Source: Octopus bimaculoides
Taxonomy: Eukaryota
Direction of reading: 5' to 3'
DNA length: 64,000 bases
NCBI RefSeq assembly: GCF_001194135.2
Contig: NC_068985.1
Coordinates: 2,781,070 to 2,845,069, forward strand
The notes below the pieces were generated by a model. It saw only the letters and a program-made list of their open reading frames with translations. It made no database searches and was not told the origin of the DNA. Position numbers and translations under genes: made by a program. Numbering within the stretch: the stretch's first letter is position 1; each line of letters begins with the position of its first letter. Positions 24,286-37,131 of this stretch are shown here, one piece after another.

Positions 24286-25984
24286 GTGGGTTGGGGGAAT
24301 GTCATGAAATTACAAAACAAGAGATACCACCACTGGATCCAATAGTCATTGTTTTACCATTTATAATTTCAATGATCAACTGCAAGCGTAATAGAAAAGT
24401 TCAGAGATAGTCAGACGCAAGGAGGTGTTGTAAAACCCAATGAATAAAAAAGACAACTAAGTAATGTAAACTACACTGGTATAATGAACTTCATTGTCTT
24501 AGTCCAATATCAACATAGTATTGGCTGATGAGAAGCCTATGCTATGTTGATGACTTTTAACAAGCTAAAACATGTCTGTAATTGTCTTTTACTACTTGCA
24601 AACAAACATCAACCTATCCTCTCACCAGGTAAACTCATGTTGAAATTTTAATTCAGAATGTGTCAATCAGTACATCAGCCATTAAATGATTATACCAATA
24701 CAGACGTGTAAAGAGGACAGATGACAGTCACTGGCTTAGAATCTCCTTCCAAGATGACAACACACCATATGAAGCTAAGATTAGCCAAAACAGAAGCAAA
24801 AGAAAACGAGAATGAGAGAAATAGATAAGACAGTAAGTGTTTGGATGTGGCTGATGAGAAGATGCAAAATTGTATTTCATGAATAGTTAAAGTCGTGACC
24901 CATCCAACTCATGGCAGTGGATTATGATGTTGCTGCATAATCTTTTATTAATTCTTCCTTATATTCTGTCACTACCATAATGCTTTCAGCAGGTAACAGT
25001 GAAGTCATAAATAGAAAGTTATTCAGACGCAAAGTCAAAAACAGTAAAAATATCTGCAACTAACCACAACAGATTAAACTTTATTTTGTTTATTAAGAAT
25101 TCAATGTAAGCCAAACTTTTATTTTCTATGACAATGTTTCAACCGAGATATATTTACGAGCAGCGAAAAAGTGTGACAGAGATCTAAAGTGTGATTTACA
25201 AATTTGATGTGATAGGTGTAATATTTCGAAGGGAAGGAAAGATTATCAGAAAAATTCAAAGTGGAAACAAGTCATTTTGGGGAGGTAGGTGGAGAAATAG
25301 CAGAAATTTTGGATGTTGTAGGCTTTTTTTTCCCCCCTTTTTGGTGGTCTCAGACAATATTTATAGATTTGATTTTGGCATAGACTAGTGAAATATGGGG
25401 AGTGGGGGGAAAGGAGGGAGAGAGGGATTTGGGCGTTTTTATGATGTTTTGTTTATTAATAATGAAAAGTTGTTTCTAAGAAATGTTGCCACAACCATTT
25501 CATTGATATGTTGAAGAAAGACAAGATAATACTTCACAGTAGACATAACAACAACACCAACAGATTAACAAGATCGCATGCCAGCAAGAAAGGAAAAAAA
25601 AAAATCTGGTGAGATGTCACTTTTAACTATTATTTATCCAACCGGCTTTTACAAATCCCTTCTGATAAACTTTACTGCTTATGATATTTTGAAAGGTAAG
25701 ATGTGGCAGTGTTAAATTCTTACTTAAAGGAATCAGTAACTTGGTTTTAATTCCAAGCTAGAATGGTTTCCTATGTTAGGTGAATGATGGCAGCAAAGAC
25801 TTGTTTTCTTTCTCTTTCTATCCCATTCTGTGTTTAAAGGGGGACAGTAATGGATGGCACTGGGGAGTCCATCAGCAATCAATGTATTTTTTTTTTATTT
25901 CTTACATTTCAGGATATTGTTAGAGGGAACGTTACATGATCACGTGATCAACCAGGCCATCGCAGTTCACAATGTGCTTTGCAT

Positions 25985-26170
25985 TATTTTTAACTTTCAA
26001 ATGATGCCACCCTGGTGGTAAGGTGAGCAACACTCACCCTGATTGGAAGGCTATTCCATTACAGGGTGACCGATTTACAGCTGAGTGGGCTGGAGCAATG
26101 TGCAAAAGGAAGTGTTTTGCCCAACAACACAATGAGCTGCTTGGTCTGGGAATTGAACCCACCATCTAAA
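25985..26170 (-). mobile_element. SINE family F (tRNA head plus tgtgt(c/t)ttg(a/g)gcaa(a/g)acactt core)
   Basis: Reverse complement reads gggttcaattcccagacc...ttgtgttgttgggcaaaacacttcc...gctccagcccactcagctg. Confidence 0.65.
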
Positions 26171-27599
26171 TACACAGATAGATATGAAGGAGACAACCCT
26201 TAGATGATAGGCCTTTACACCTAGAGTTCATTTCCTATCAAGATTAGCTTGATCTTTGATCTGTGAGGGGTGGATAAAGGCGGATTATATTGGCTACACT
26301 TCTTCCATTCATTTACCAAAATGAATGGCTTTGCACCTCAGCTAAAATGAATGTTAAAAAACTGGATTTCGAGGGGGAAAAGAAATGGAGACATGTGAAC
26401 AGTATGGTAGTCATTCTCTACCAAACTGATAGTGAGATAGTCATGTTTTCAGGATTTGAAACTCTACAAGGCTTTCCCATTCAAATTATCTTAGTCGATT
26501 TGCAACAGAAATTTCCACAAAGCATCCTGTGACATGAACCCTCTTTTTCTTAGAGCAGAGTTTACAGCACACTCAACTGACAGCAGTTTGTAGTTTATTG
26601 CTATCCTATCCAGGATTCGAACTCTCTTCCAAACTCAATAAAATCAGAACAAGTGAGAGAGTGAAGTTGATTTAATTAACTATATATTCTCCTCCTACAA
26701 AAATAACATCACATCTGAGCAAAAGAAATTTTTTTTCCTTGCCTAATTATCAGTTTTAATGGAATGGTAACATTGGTCTTTTCATTGACATCGTGTAGCT
26801 TTAATAAGCTACACGATGTCTCTGTTTTATGTGCAGGCACAGACTCCCATTTTCCTTCCTCAATCAAATTCATTGATAATGTCTTTGATTATATCTGCCT
26901 GTTTAATGAATCATTATAACCTATAATTCAACTTGACTTTTCAATCTTGTCAATAAATCTGCTTCTTCTCTTAAAATCAATTGATCCAGTAAACTTTTAA
27001 GAGCAATATTTGCCAAACACAAAATTTGTTTCATCTCACTAATTAAGCCAAAGGATTAATATTTCATAACTTTTCCAAAACGAGGACCTGTAGATGTTTA
27101 CTATAATTGATATATTTTGTGCTAATACCAAAAGTTTGAAAGATAGTTAGATTTAATGCATTTATTTAGATGTTAAATAAAAAATAAAAATATATATATT
27201 TATATCAACCCATGTTCTCATAAATTACAAGTTTTCTTAATTTCACAAACTGTCAACTTTATTTTCCTGCCAAAAAAAAAAAAAAAAAAAAAAAAAAGAA
27301 AGAAATGAATTCTTCCTCTGAAATAATTAGCACTAATGACATACAAATTATTAATTTGTATCTAGATTGTATGATATACGTGACAGAAGTACAACACAGT
27401 AAATCAGTGAAGTGTGAGCAGTAAATTTACACAGTGTCACAGAAATTGATCAAGTTGAAATATGGCCGGTAATGTTTACAGAAATGTCTGCCAGTAACTA
27501 CTCTCCTTTCAATGGCAAAGGTATGTTGATCCAATACAAATTGTCCGTTGTATGATATCATATTTGAGTTATGAAGAGTGGGAAGAATAATGAAAGTGA

Positions 27600-28600
27600 A
27601 AACAGTTCTAAAATGGTGTTAGTTTTTCAGAATGAGTGGGAAATATACATAGAAGAAGATATCTATAATATTGTTCAACAGACGACATCAGTGGGTTGAA
27701 TACGTCAGGATGGGTTTAGGGCAGTGAACTGGCAGAATTGCTAGCATGCCAGGTAAAATGCCTAGCAGCATTTTGTCTGTCTTTATGCTCTGAGTTCAAA
27801 TTCCACTGAGGTCAACTTTACCTTTCATCCATTTAAGGGTCAATAAAATAAGTACCAGCTGAGCACTGGGGTAGATGTAATCAACTAAATCCCTCCCTGA
27901 AATTGCTGACCTGGTGCTAAAATTTGAAATCAATAGGTCAAGATAGGTTACCAACAAGACATGCAGCAAAATGTTATGGTTTTTGAAAACCAGAAAACAG
28001 GCAAGAGAAGTGATTCAATGAAATGGTATGTATGATCTTAGTCATAACTAATTAATGGGAAACTTGGTAATAATAATTTTTTTTTTTAAATTAATGTGAA
28101 TGTGCGGATGTTTAAAAAGTATAATGGAATCTTGTAATTAAGCTGTAGTCAGAATTTCATATATTGTTTACAATTTCATAATCACAGGATTTATGAATAA
28201 ACAGTTTCAAGGAGGATTCTGTATTATCAGACATGATTCTTGATGAGAATCTTGGCTGATACATATTCAGCTCACGTTTTACAATACCATCAGAACTAAA
28301 GACACAAGGAAACGATGTTGTTATGACAAGAAGTGTGAAATTAGATCTGTGAGTGTTAAATACTGTTTTTATAATAATTCAAGAAAAGCTAAAACGAAAT
28401 GAAGAACGTTTTAATCCTGAAATTGGACAAGAGAAGAGGAACAATTTCTAAAAATGCATCAAAACCAAAGTAACCAGCAAAGAGGTTGATATTTTAAATG
28501 TTAAAAGGAACCAAAAGTGGGTGGTGACTTTGTGAGATAGAAAGCAAATATAAAGATCCTGTTGAGATTAATTCTACATCCACAAATTGACAAAGTTGGC
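27600..28600 (+). mobile_element. Possible very degenerate piggyBac (PGBD-like) transposase relic, interrupted by a SINE B
   Basis: Four weak motifs in the expected order: EEDIYNIVQQT; S..V...SKMLW; FT..SELKTQG; WTREEEQFLKMHQ...VGGDFV. Many stops and frameshifts. Confidence 0.3.
27718..27933 (+). mobile_element. SINE family B, near full length
   Basis: ggcagtgaactggcagaattgctagcatgccagg...ctgagttcaaattccactgaggtcaactttacctttcatcc...aagtaccagctgagcactgggg. Confidence 0.85.
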
Positions 28601-28642
28601 TGAGAAAGGAAAAACAATAATTTATTGTTGATAATATAAAGT

Positions 28643-29102
28643 TTTATCTTTTACTTCTATCTTTTACTTGTTTCAATCATTAGACTGTGGCCATGCTGAG
28701 GCACCACCTTGAAGAATTTGTGGCTGAATGAATTTGACCCCAGTAATTGTATATATTTTTTAAGCCAGGTACTCATTCTACTGGTCGCTTTTGCTAAACT
28801 ACTAAGTTAAGGAGATATAAACACACCAACACTGGTTCTCAAATGGTAGGGGGGGGGGCAAAAACAGACACAAAGACACACAGATATAAACTATCTAACC
28901 CATGCCAGCATGGAAAGCAGATGCTAAATGATGATGATGATTATGATGATGACGGCAGGCTTCTTCCAATTTCTGTCTACCAAATCCACTCAGAAGGCTT
29001 TGGTTGGCCCAAGGCTTCAGTAGAGGACACTTGCTCAAGATACTACACAGTGGGACTGAACTTAGAACCATGTGGTTGGGAAGCAAATTTCTTGCCACAC
29101 AC
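28643..29102 (-). mobile_element. SINE family A with a family C tail fragment (28885-28951, +) nested in its linker
   Basis: 3' module (reverse complement) 28643-28880, C tail ...catggaaagcagatgctaaatgatgat, head (reverse complement) 28962-29102. Confidence 0.8.
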
Positions 29103-29425
29103 CTAATACTTCAACTAAATTTCTATAGAAAGTATTGTGTAAATTAGAGCTGGATGAGGATGCAATTAAGTCGACAAAGTTTTTGGAGATATTTCATATT
29201 GTAGTGTAAGGAATATTTTTAATGGTTTTAAAGGGATAAGGAGAATAAAGCTGATACAGAATATGAAAAAAAGGAACCAGAGGCTTGTAATGGAAGACAG
29301 ATGGAACCAAGATGGAATGCAGTGGTTAATTTTGAAGTAATAAGAGAGAAATATCTCTCAAATGCTAAGATAGTGGGCAAGACACTGAAGCTAATGCCAT
29401 GCCATTTCTGGTGTAATTCTTACAT

Positions 29426-29806
29426 AGGACTAGCTCATGAAGTAGCTTGCTTATCAACCACTTGGTTCCGAGTTCAGTCCCACTGTGTGGCACCTTGGGC
29501 AAGTGTCTTCTACTATAGTCTCAGGCTGACCAAAGCCTTGTGAGTGGATTAGGTAGACAGAAACTGAAAGAATACCATCGTGTATGTGTGTGTGTGTGTG
29601 TGAGTGAGTATTTGTCCCTCCAACATCGCTTGGCAACTGATGCTGGTGTGTTTACATCTCCGTAACTTAGCAGTTCGGCAAAAGAGACCAATAGAATAAG
29701 TACTAGGCTTACAAAGAATAAGTCCTGAGGTCAATTTGCTCGACTAAAGGTGATGCTCCAGCATGGCCACAGTCAAATGGCTGAAAAGAGTAAAAGAGTA
29801 AAAGAG
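29426..29806 (+). mobile_element. SINE family A, full length
   Basis: Head ...ggttccgagttcagtcccactgtgtggcaccttgggcaagtg, (TG)n linker, 3' module ending (gagtaaaa)n. Confidence 0.9.
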
Positions 29807-30593
29807 TCGACCATCAATATGGTGAGATCTGAGTATGACCGTTCAATGTACCAAGTCTGCAACCAAATATTCTGTTACTGTTGCAGCAACTTCTACAATG
29901 TCTCATTTTCTCTCTATAAAACTGGAGAATATTATCCACACAGTAAAAAAGAGAAAAAAGAAGCAAAATTAATAATGTGCATCATATATGGAGGAGTGGA
30001 TGATAAGCACCGACGTGCAACTGTTGCTTGTGCAAAAATAGCAAGAGATAACCACAGTTTGGATTTACAAGATTTTTCAAATCTAAGTAAGCTGTTGGAC
30101 AAAGAATCATTGTTAAGTGTAAAATGATGTTCATTTAACTTAGTCTAACATTTGATTAACCAAGTGGAACTGATAGAAAATACTGACAGAAATTATTCAA
30201 CAACACAGTTCTGCTGTTTGAATAATGTTTACTTTCAGTCTTACTACTTATGCAGACTCAGAGAGAGGGTTAGATAAATAAATTTCCTAATTGATATGTC
30301 TACTTCAATATAGAATTGAACATGAGTTTAAACGAAGGCACGTGTAAACATGCATAAGTTATGTAAATAAATAACTATGTATGCAATATTGGCAGACATA
30401 CTGTATTATCCACTTTTAATCAAATTTCTTACAAGAAATCCAAATATATGTCCAAGCAAAAGACAGACAGCCAGAGAATTCAACTATTTCTGAGCTGATA
30501 TATTGCTGGCAGCTACATATAGATATATATACACACATCATTTGGGTAATGTGTGAGTATGCCAATCTATAGCCTGCACATGCTTATTACAGA

Positions 30594-30628
<35 letters not shown>

Positions 30629-31182
30629 GATCATCTCTTCTTTTACATATGTACATGTGAATGGTTGTCTCCTACCTCCACCCTATAAGATACAAACACA
30701 CACACACACACACAGACAAATACACACAATTCACAACTATAAGAAAAACTGCCCCAGGCCTAACCTTTCTAATACAATGATAGTTGTGGTGAGTAATAAA
30801 TAAAAGAAGAACTTATGGCAGGGAAGTCATTTGAGTAAAGTTTACTACGTCTAGAGCAAGCCAGTAAGCAAACATGGTCATTTTGCAATGACTCACTATA
30901 TATGTGATTTATCTGCATGGATAGCATACAAGGAATTTGCACAAATACTTCTCACTATGAATAGTGATTAAAGACAGCTCTAATTGTATAGCAACAAGTT
31001 TGCTTCAAAAGCCTTACGCTATTGTAACTTAGCATTAAGGCTGTACTGAAAAATTCATAACTTCTCAAGCAAGTAAACATGTCAACTAAAAATAGGAAAA
31101 TGGACAATCTGCCCATCACTGTATCATTGGAGTTTCTGCTCGTAAAACTTCAAATCAACTCCTTGTGTGTATATGTGCACAT

Positions 31183-31220
<38 letters not shown>

Positions 31221-31605
31221 TCTTTGTAAGCAGAAATTGGAGAAGAAATTTTATATGAAAACCTTAAGCAAATAACAATGTTGGTGGAAAATCTCAGAAT
31301 TTAGGTCAACAAGAAATAGCTTGTCAAAAGTAGATGCAATAATATTTTGTGGTACTGGCATTAAGTGATAAATGTAATTCAGAAAAGGCAAAGGAGTTTA
31401 TTGTAAGGGGGGGGGGGGAGAATTATACATAAAGATGTTTAATAAAATATGTATGTAATAAGGGATCATCCTCCTCGTCATCATCATCAGCATCAGCATC
31501 AGTGTCATCCTTACTCACATCATCGAGTTTATCATGAAATTATCCACATGAAACAATAAATCCTATAAAAGCAAGAGAACCATATTCAGTAAAATATGTA
31601 TTGCA

Positions 31606-31659
<54 letters not shown>

Positions 31660-32754
31660 GTGCTCAATACCCAGGTAATAGATACATCACATAATGTTCT
31701 TCAGAGAATATGGAAAAGAATATGGTATCATAAATGCATCACAACAATCCCTGTGAAAAAAGCTTCCATACATTATGTATGTATACGTGTGTTGGTACGT
31801 GATGTGTATGGTCATGTGAGTGTCAGTGATGGTGGTGATAATATGCTATAATATCTGTATTTAAAAAGTAATCCTTTATGAAGACAGTGTCTTTTGAAAT
31901 GTTCCTGTGGTTTCATACCTAGTCATATTTTGTTTTAGTCTCCTTCTCTCTCTCTCTCTCTCTCTGCACATTTGCACATGTACATGTGCATACATACCCC
32001 CATTAATTGAGTTGTTTTCTGTGAATAAAAAATATTAAAAACTCTATCATGGGGAGATACATAGCAAAGCTGTGAGTTACAGTAAAACTGTGAGTAATGT
32101 GAAAATGGATGTTAATCCAGTAAAATATCAATGGTTTGTTAGTGGAGAAGCAATCACTCGATGGCTTTAAGCCAAAAATGAAAGGTAAACAAATAAATCA
32201 AAACCATATCAAACAGAATATATTTTTATGACAGCCGGGTCGTCGTTGGGGAGGTTTAGGATTGTTGTTGTTGTTGTTTTTCTTTCTTTTTAAATATTTA
32301 TTTATTTCGATAGTGTTGTTACCACACTTGACAAGAATGGATATAAGGGACAGAAAACAGGCTTAGAGTGGGCAAATAGCAAAATGTACTAAATACTTGA
32401 TGCTTGTTAAGTGATTCTGTTTATCAATATTACTTCTTCTGCTACAGCTCAAACATTTATGCACTTAATTCCTATAGTTTTTTTTGACAAAGCAGTATTA
32501 TTTGAACACAGTATATGTGGCTGCTGAACCTATACAATGAAAGACAAGCTAAGAAGTCGATGGTTCACATTATATCCACAGTACTGCATTGTATCTGATT
32601 GTATCTGCAGATAAACATTTTCTTTTAAATGTGCACAGAAATTTGCTTGTGTGCAAATGTTTGTCTTTCTTTACTAAGTACGCGTGCACCCATGCAAGTA
32701 ACCACCACTGTCGTATTGACCACCAAAACAAATCTACACTGTTTTTTAGTGTAG

Positions 32755-32987
32755 ATTATCTTTTGTCTTTTACTTGCTTCAGTCATTAGACTGTGGCCAT
32801 GCTGGGGCACCACCTTGAAGAATTTGTCGTTGAATGAATCAGCCCCAGTATTTTTTTTTTTACCCAACCTGGTACTAATTCTATCAGTCTCTTTTGCCGA
32901 ACCACTAAGTTAAGGGGACATAAACACACCAACACTGGTTGTCAAGTGGTGGTGCTGGTAGGGGCAAACACAGGTACAAAGACACAC

Positions 32988-33034
<47 letters not shown>

Positions 33035-33095
33035 GTATATACACATACACATGCAACAGGCTTCCTTCAGTTTCCATATACCAAATCCACTCACA
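32755..33095 (-). mobile_element. SINE family A (5'-truncated)
   Basis: Reverse-complement 3' module ttttacttgcttcagtcattagactgtggccatgctggggcaccaccttgaag..., (TA)n linker, part of the body. Confidence 0.85.
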
Positions 33096-33261
33096 GATTT
33101 TATTAAAGTTATATGATTAATTTAGTCAATAAAAATATTTCAGTTTCATCTAGCCAACCTTGTGCATACATTTTCTCCTTTGTGTGCTTGTTGTAAAACA
33201 TGGAGGCACATAAGTACACATAATAGAGGGAACACTGATCACCGTTTTAACTCTTAAAGCT

Positions 33262-33548
33262 CTCTACATTATTTACATTGGACGGATGTGTCCTCATCCT
33301 GTTTGTTGTTACCACAATATATCAGCTGATTCACTCTGCACCCTTCATCAGGTGTCCTGGTAGAATTTTGAACCCAACTCTGGGTTCTCATTCCTAAGGT
33401 ATTTTTTGCTGATGTTATTATTATTATTATTATTATTATTAATATCATTATTATTATTATTATTATTTTATTCAAGACACTGCCTGGAATTAAACTCACA
33501 ATCTTGGGGGAAGTAGCCTGTGCTCTTAACCATCATGTTATATGCCTG
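33262..33548 (-). mobile_element. SINE family D, full length, with degenerate hammerhead motif at 33311-33356
   Basis: Reverse complement: ggcatataacatgatggttaagagcacaggctacttcccccaagattgtgagtttaattcc...(taa)n...gacac-CTGATGA-a-gggtg...cagct-gata-tatt-gtggt. Confidence 0.85.
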
Positions 33549-33868
33549 TGGTCAAGAGCATGTAATGGTTAAGANNNNNNNNNNNNNNNNNNNNNNNNNN
33601 NNNNNNNNNNNNNNNNNNNNNNNNNNNNNNNNNNNNNNNNNNNNNNNNNNNNNNNNNNNNNNNNNNNNNNNNNNNNNNNNNNNNNNNNNNNNNNNNNNNN
33701 NNNNNNNNNNNNNNNNNNNNNNNNNNNNNNNNNNNNNNNNNNNNNNNNNNNNNNNNNNNNNNNNNNNNNNNNNNNNNNNNNNNNNNNNNNNNNNNNNNNN
33801 NNNNNNNNNNNNNNNNNNNNNNNNNNNNNNNNNNNNNNNNNNNNNNNNNNNNNNNNNNNNNNNNNNNN

Positions 33869-34150
33869 AGATTCCAGGAAACCCCAAAATGGCTGAAGTT
33901 CAAAAGATAGTGCTCATGGGAACTGCCCATATCCTACGTAAAATACTGTCTATGTGATCTCAAATTTTAAAGCAAACACATAATTTTCTTATGGTTTCTT
34001 AAACATTCACTTGAACAAAACTGTACAAATCCAAATATATGGTACCCTAGGCATAACACCTACATGAACTTCTAACTTGTTATCTCTTGAGGTCTCTGGG
34101 TGAGACTTGGATCCAACTTGTACAAATGCAAAACAAAAGTCAAACATAAA
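33869..34150 (+). mobile_element. Dong/R4-clade LINE 3' end, terminating in (TAA)n
   Basis: IPGNPKMAEVQKIVLMGTAHILRKILSM* matches the R4/Dong C-terminal motif QK..L.GTAHILRK.LS; 3' UTR followed by a TAA tail. Confidence 0.85.
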
Positions 34151-34335
34151 ATAATAATAATAATAACATCAGCAAAAAATACCTTAGGAATGAGAACACA
34201 GAGTTGGGTTCAAAATTCTACCAGGACACCTGATGAAGGGTGGAGAGTAAATCACCCAAAACGTTGTGGTAACAAAAAACAAGATGAAGACACATATCTG
34301 TACAATGTCAATAATGTAAATAATGTACAGAATTC
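34150..34335 (+). mobile_element. SINE family D body
   Basis: (taa)n catcagcaaaaaataccttaggaatgagaac...gacacctgatgaagggtgg...gatgaagacacatatctgtacaatgt. Confidence 0.85.
34225..34270 (+). ncRNA. Minimal type I hammerhead ribozyme motif (G12>A)
   Basis: gacac-CTGATGA-a-GGGTG(gagagtaaat)CACCC-aAAA-cgtt-gtggt. Confidence 0.65.
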
Positions 34336-35354
34336 CTCATCTCTAAAATGTAGAACAGTCTTAAAGTTCTGTAGTTCTTTCTCTGCATAAATCTTTCAGT
34401 TCAGATAGGAAGTAAAGATTTTGGTGAAATGCAGATAGTTCTGTATAAAAATGATAGAAGTATGACTATTGCATGTATTTAGATGAAATTTTCTGATACA
34501 ACCTGCCAAAGCAAGTAGAATATAGTTAGGTTGATTACATCTAGATGTTGCTAAATATATTTGCAAGATATCAATTCTTGGGCATTGATGCCTTTCCTAA
34601 TTAAATCATTAGTTAATAAATAACAAGAAAAAAGAACATAGTAACAAATATTACCAAATTCTAATTCACTATTTGAAGTATTAACCTCCATTTTGCTCAA
34701 ACATTGAAGGAACAAAAAGTCCTGAGAAATGGACCCGACAAAATGCGAAAAATAAACAAGATACAAACAGGAAGTCTTCTGAAATTCTTTCTAAAATGAG
34801 GGTAAACTTTGCTTCTTGCATAGAAGAGTGCTCAGTTTCAGCTTCTAATCCCCAAACAACAACATGTTTTGAACTGTGATTTCATGCAGGTAAGAATTTA
34901 GTGATAGGTGTGGATATTTATGGGTATAGGACTGAGTTGAACAGTGGCATCTGTGTAAAGTTGGCAAGTGTGGGATTTACTTGTAGTATTGAATCCAACT
35001 CAATGGGGAGAGAAGTGCCAGCCAGGCCGATACTTCCTAAAGTAAAATACAAAGAGACATGTTCCTCAGTGATGTCCTCACGATATGGGTTAACAGACAC
35101 ACCATTATTTGAATAGCAGAGATTGTTTAAACAATTAACTTCATATTCATTATTATCAACACGTGTGGAAGTGTCATTCATCCTAAGTGTCAAGTTTTAT
35201 TACTTATATGCAATTCATTGAGACTCAAGAATGTTTTCTTATAATGAAAAAATCAGAAAGCAATTCTTTTATCCAGGAACCAACACGTACAATTTTTAGT
35301 ACATTGCCACCTCTCATGCTTTTACCCCATGTTTGTAAGATCCTAAATTTGATT

Positions 35355-35606
35355 CCCAGTGATGTGTTGTGTCCTTGAGCAAGACACTTTATTTCATGTT
35401 GCTCCAGTCCACTCAGCTGGTAAAAACAAGTTGTACCTGTAATTCTGTGTCATATTAAATTTCCCTAAGAACTATGTTAAGGGCGCATGTGTTTGTGGAG
35501 TACTCAACCACTTGCATGGTAATTTCATAAGCCAGCTGTTCCATTAATTGGATCAATTAGAATACTTGTCGTAACCGTTGGAGTGTTAGAACTCTGACAG
35601 GATAGC
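35355..35606 (+). mobile_element. SINE family F
   Basis: tgtgtccttgagcaagacacttttatttcatgttgctccagtccactcagctgg...gtaaccgttggagtg; also at 51205-51460. Confidence 0.8.
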
Positions 35607-36287
35607 TATGGGTTTCATATTTCTCTTTCCAGAGATACACACCATGAATAGGAAACAAATACAGAAAAAGAAAAAACAACCTAAAATGTAGACACAAGAG
35701 AATAGCAACATTACTACTTGACAACAAAAATCTGTCAGAATGGATTAATAAAAAGAAAATTCTGGTTGTTCTGGCTACATAGTTAACATTAACATGGTTG
35801 CTTTACAAGAGAATCCTATAACAAAACAAACAGAAGACATGATCCAAGTAGATAAGACATGCTCCAACGACATAAAGAAATATATATTCTGCTAAATAAA
35901 TTAAGTTTATTTTCTAATGTTCTTTTAGTGAGTTCATAGATGATGCATGTTATTAAAGAATGGAGATATTTGCCAGGTTCTTAAGCAAAAAAAAAAACAA
36001 AATTCATATCAGTTTTCTCTATTAACCTCATCTTTAGTGATACTTGTTAAATATTGATATTAAAAAACATTTATCTCTGAAGTTGAGAATAACAGAGAAA
36101 AATTTTATAATCTTCTGAACAATAAATCAAGAGATGAATCAGACATGGTGCTTCAGCGGCAATCTTCCTTTCCTTATTCACAAATAATGTACCTACGACT
36201 ACATTATCCAAAACACTCTTCGTTCTTTATTTTTTCTTCTAATGATGGTAGAGTGAGATTTGAAAGAGTCTTGTCTGCTATTCCTAG

Positions 36288-36465
36288 CAGTGGCTCTTAA
36301 CCAGGATGCATACAAGATTTCATTGTTAAAATTCATGTGCAATAAATTGGTAATATTTCTACAGTGCACAGGATTTTTTTTAAAACACTGAATGGCTATG
36401 GAGGTCCAGTAGAGTAAAATGGGAATGAAAGGGGCCCACATGCAAAAAGTGGTTGAGAACCACTG
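36288..36465. mobile_element. hAT (Charlie-like) MITE, 178 bp
   Basis: TIRs cagtggctcttaacc / ggttgagaaccactg (13/15 match). The 8-bp TSD is not preserved (attcctag vs atggagag). Confidence 0.7.
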
Positions 36466-37083
36466 ATGGAGAGGTTCCCTTATTGCTTTGAAACAATCCC
36501 CTATGCATTCACATACCCTGCTTTAAAAATCACTTCAGCTGTATAATAAAACAAGCATTTAAAGAACAACACAAAAAGTTTGGATAGCAAAGTCTAAAAC
36601 CAGGAGAGATGGCCAAGTTGGCTGCTCTGATATCCAACAAGGTTTTTAATTGATTTCTCAAAATCTTCCTCAACTGGAAATTGATATCAGTAATAATACT
36701 TGTTACTCCTACTGTTGTTATTTGATTGAATCTGGACTGGAATTTTAAAGTCAACAGTGTGAAATCATAAAAAGTAAGGTAAGTGACTCACACTAGAAGC
36801 TTAGACTATGGCAAAAACAGAAAACAACTTTAATTCCATTCTGCACCAGACACTGAACATTATTATTCATCTATCTCTGCTGTCTGGCTGATATCACAAT
36901 GACATGTTGTACATAATTAACAAGAAAAGAAAGAAAGAAAATATATTCTGCTAAAGTGATAGCTTGCCATGAAACCTTTAAATTAAATTTGGTGCTCAAC
37001 ATGACACTTCTAGAGAATGACAGGTACCTCTCGCAAAGTTACAAAACGTTCATGTCATTAAAATAAGTAATGCACACACAGAC

Positions 37084-37131
<48 letters not shown>

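Noticed and set aside
24523-24862. tggctgatgagaag occurring twice (24522, 24848), box C-like
   Set aside because: No box D (CTGA) or terminal stem at a suitable distance, and it lies on the strand opposite the host gene, so not a C/D snoRNA.
29750-30127. 125-aa plus-strand ORF
   Set aside because: Starts inside a SINE-A tail, has no known motif and no splice support.
34824-35193. Plus-strand 66-nt exon-like segment (34824-34889, CAG|gtaaga) and the 91-aa minus ORF 34918-35193
   Set aside because: No recognisable domain and no partner exons.
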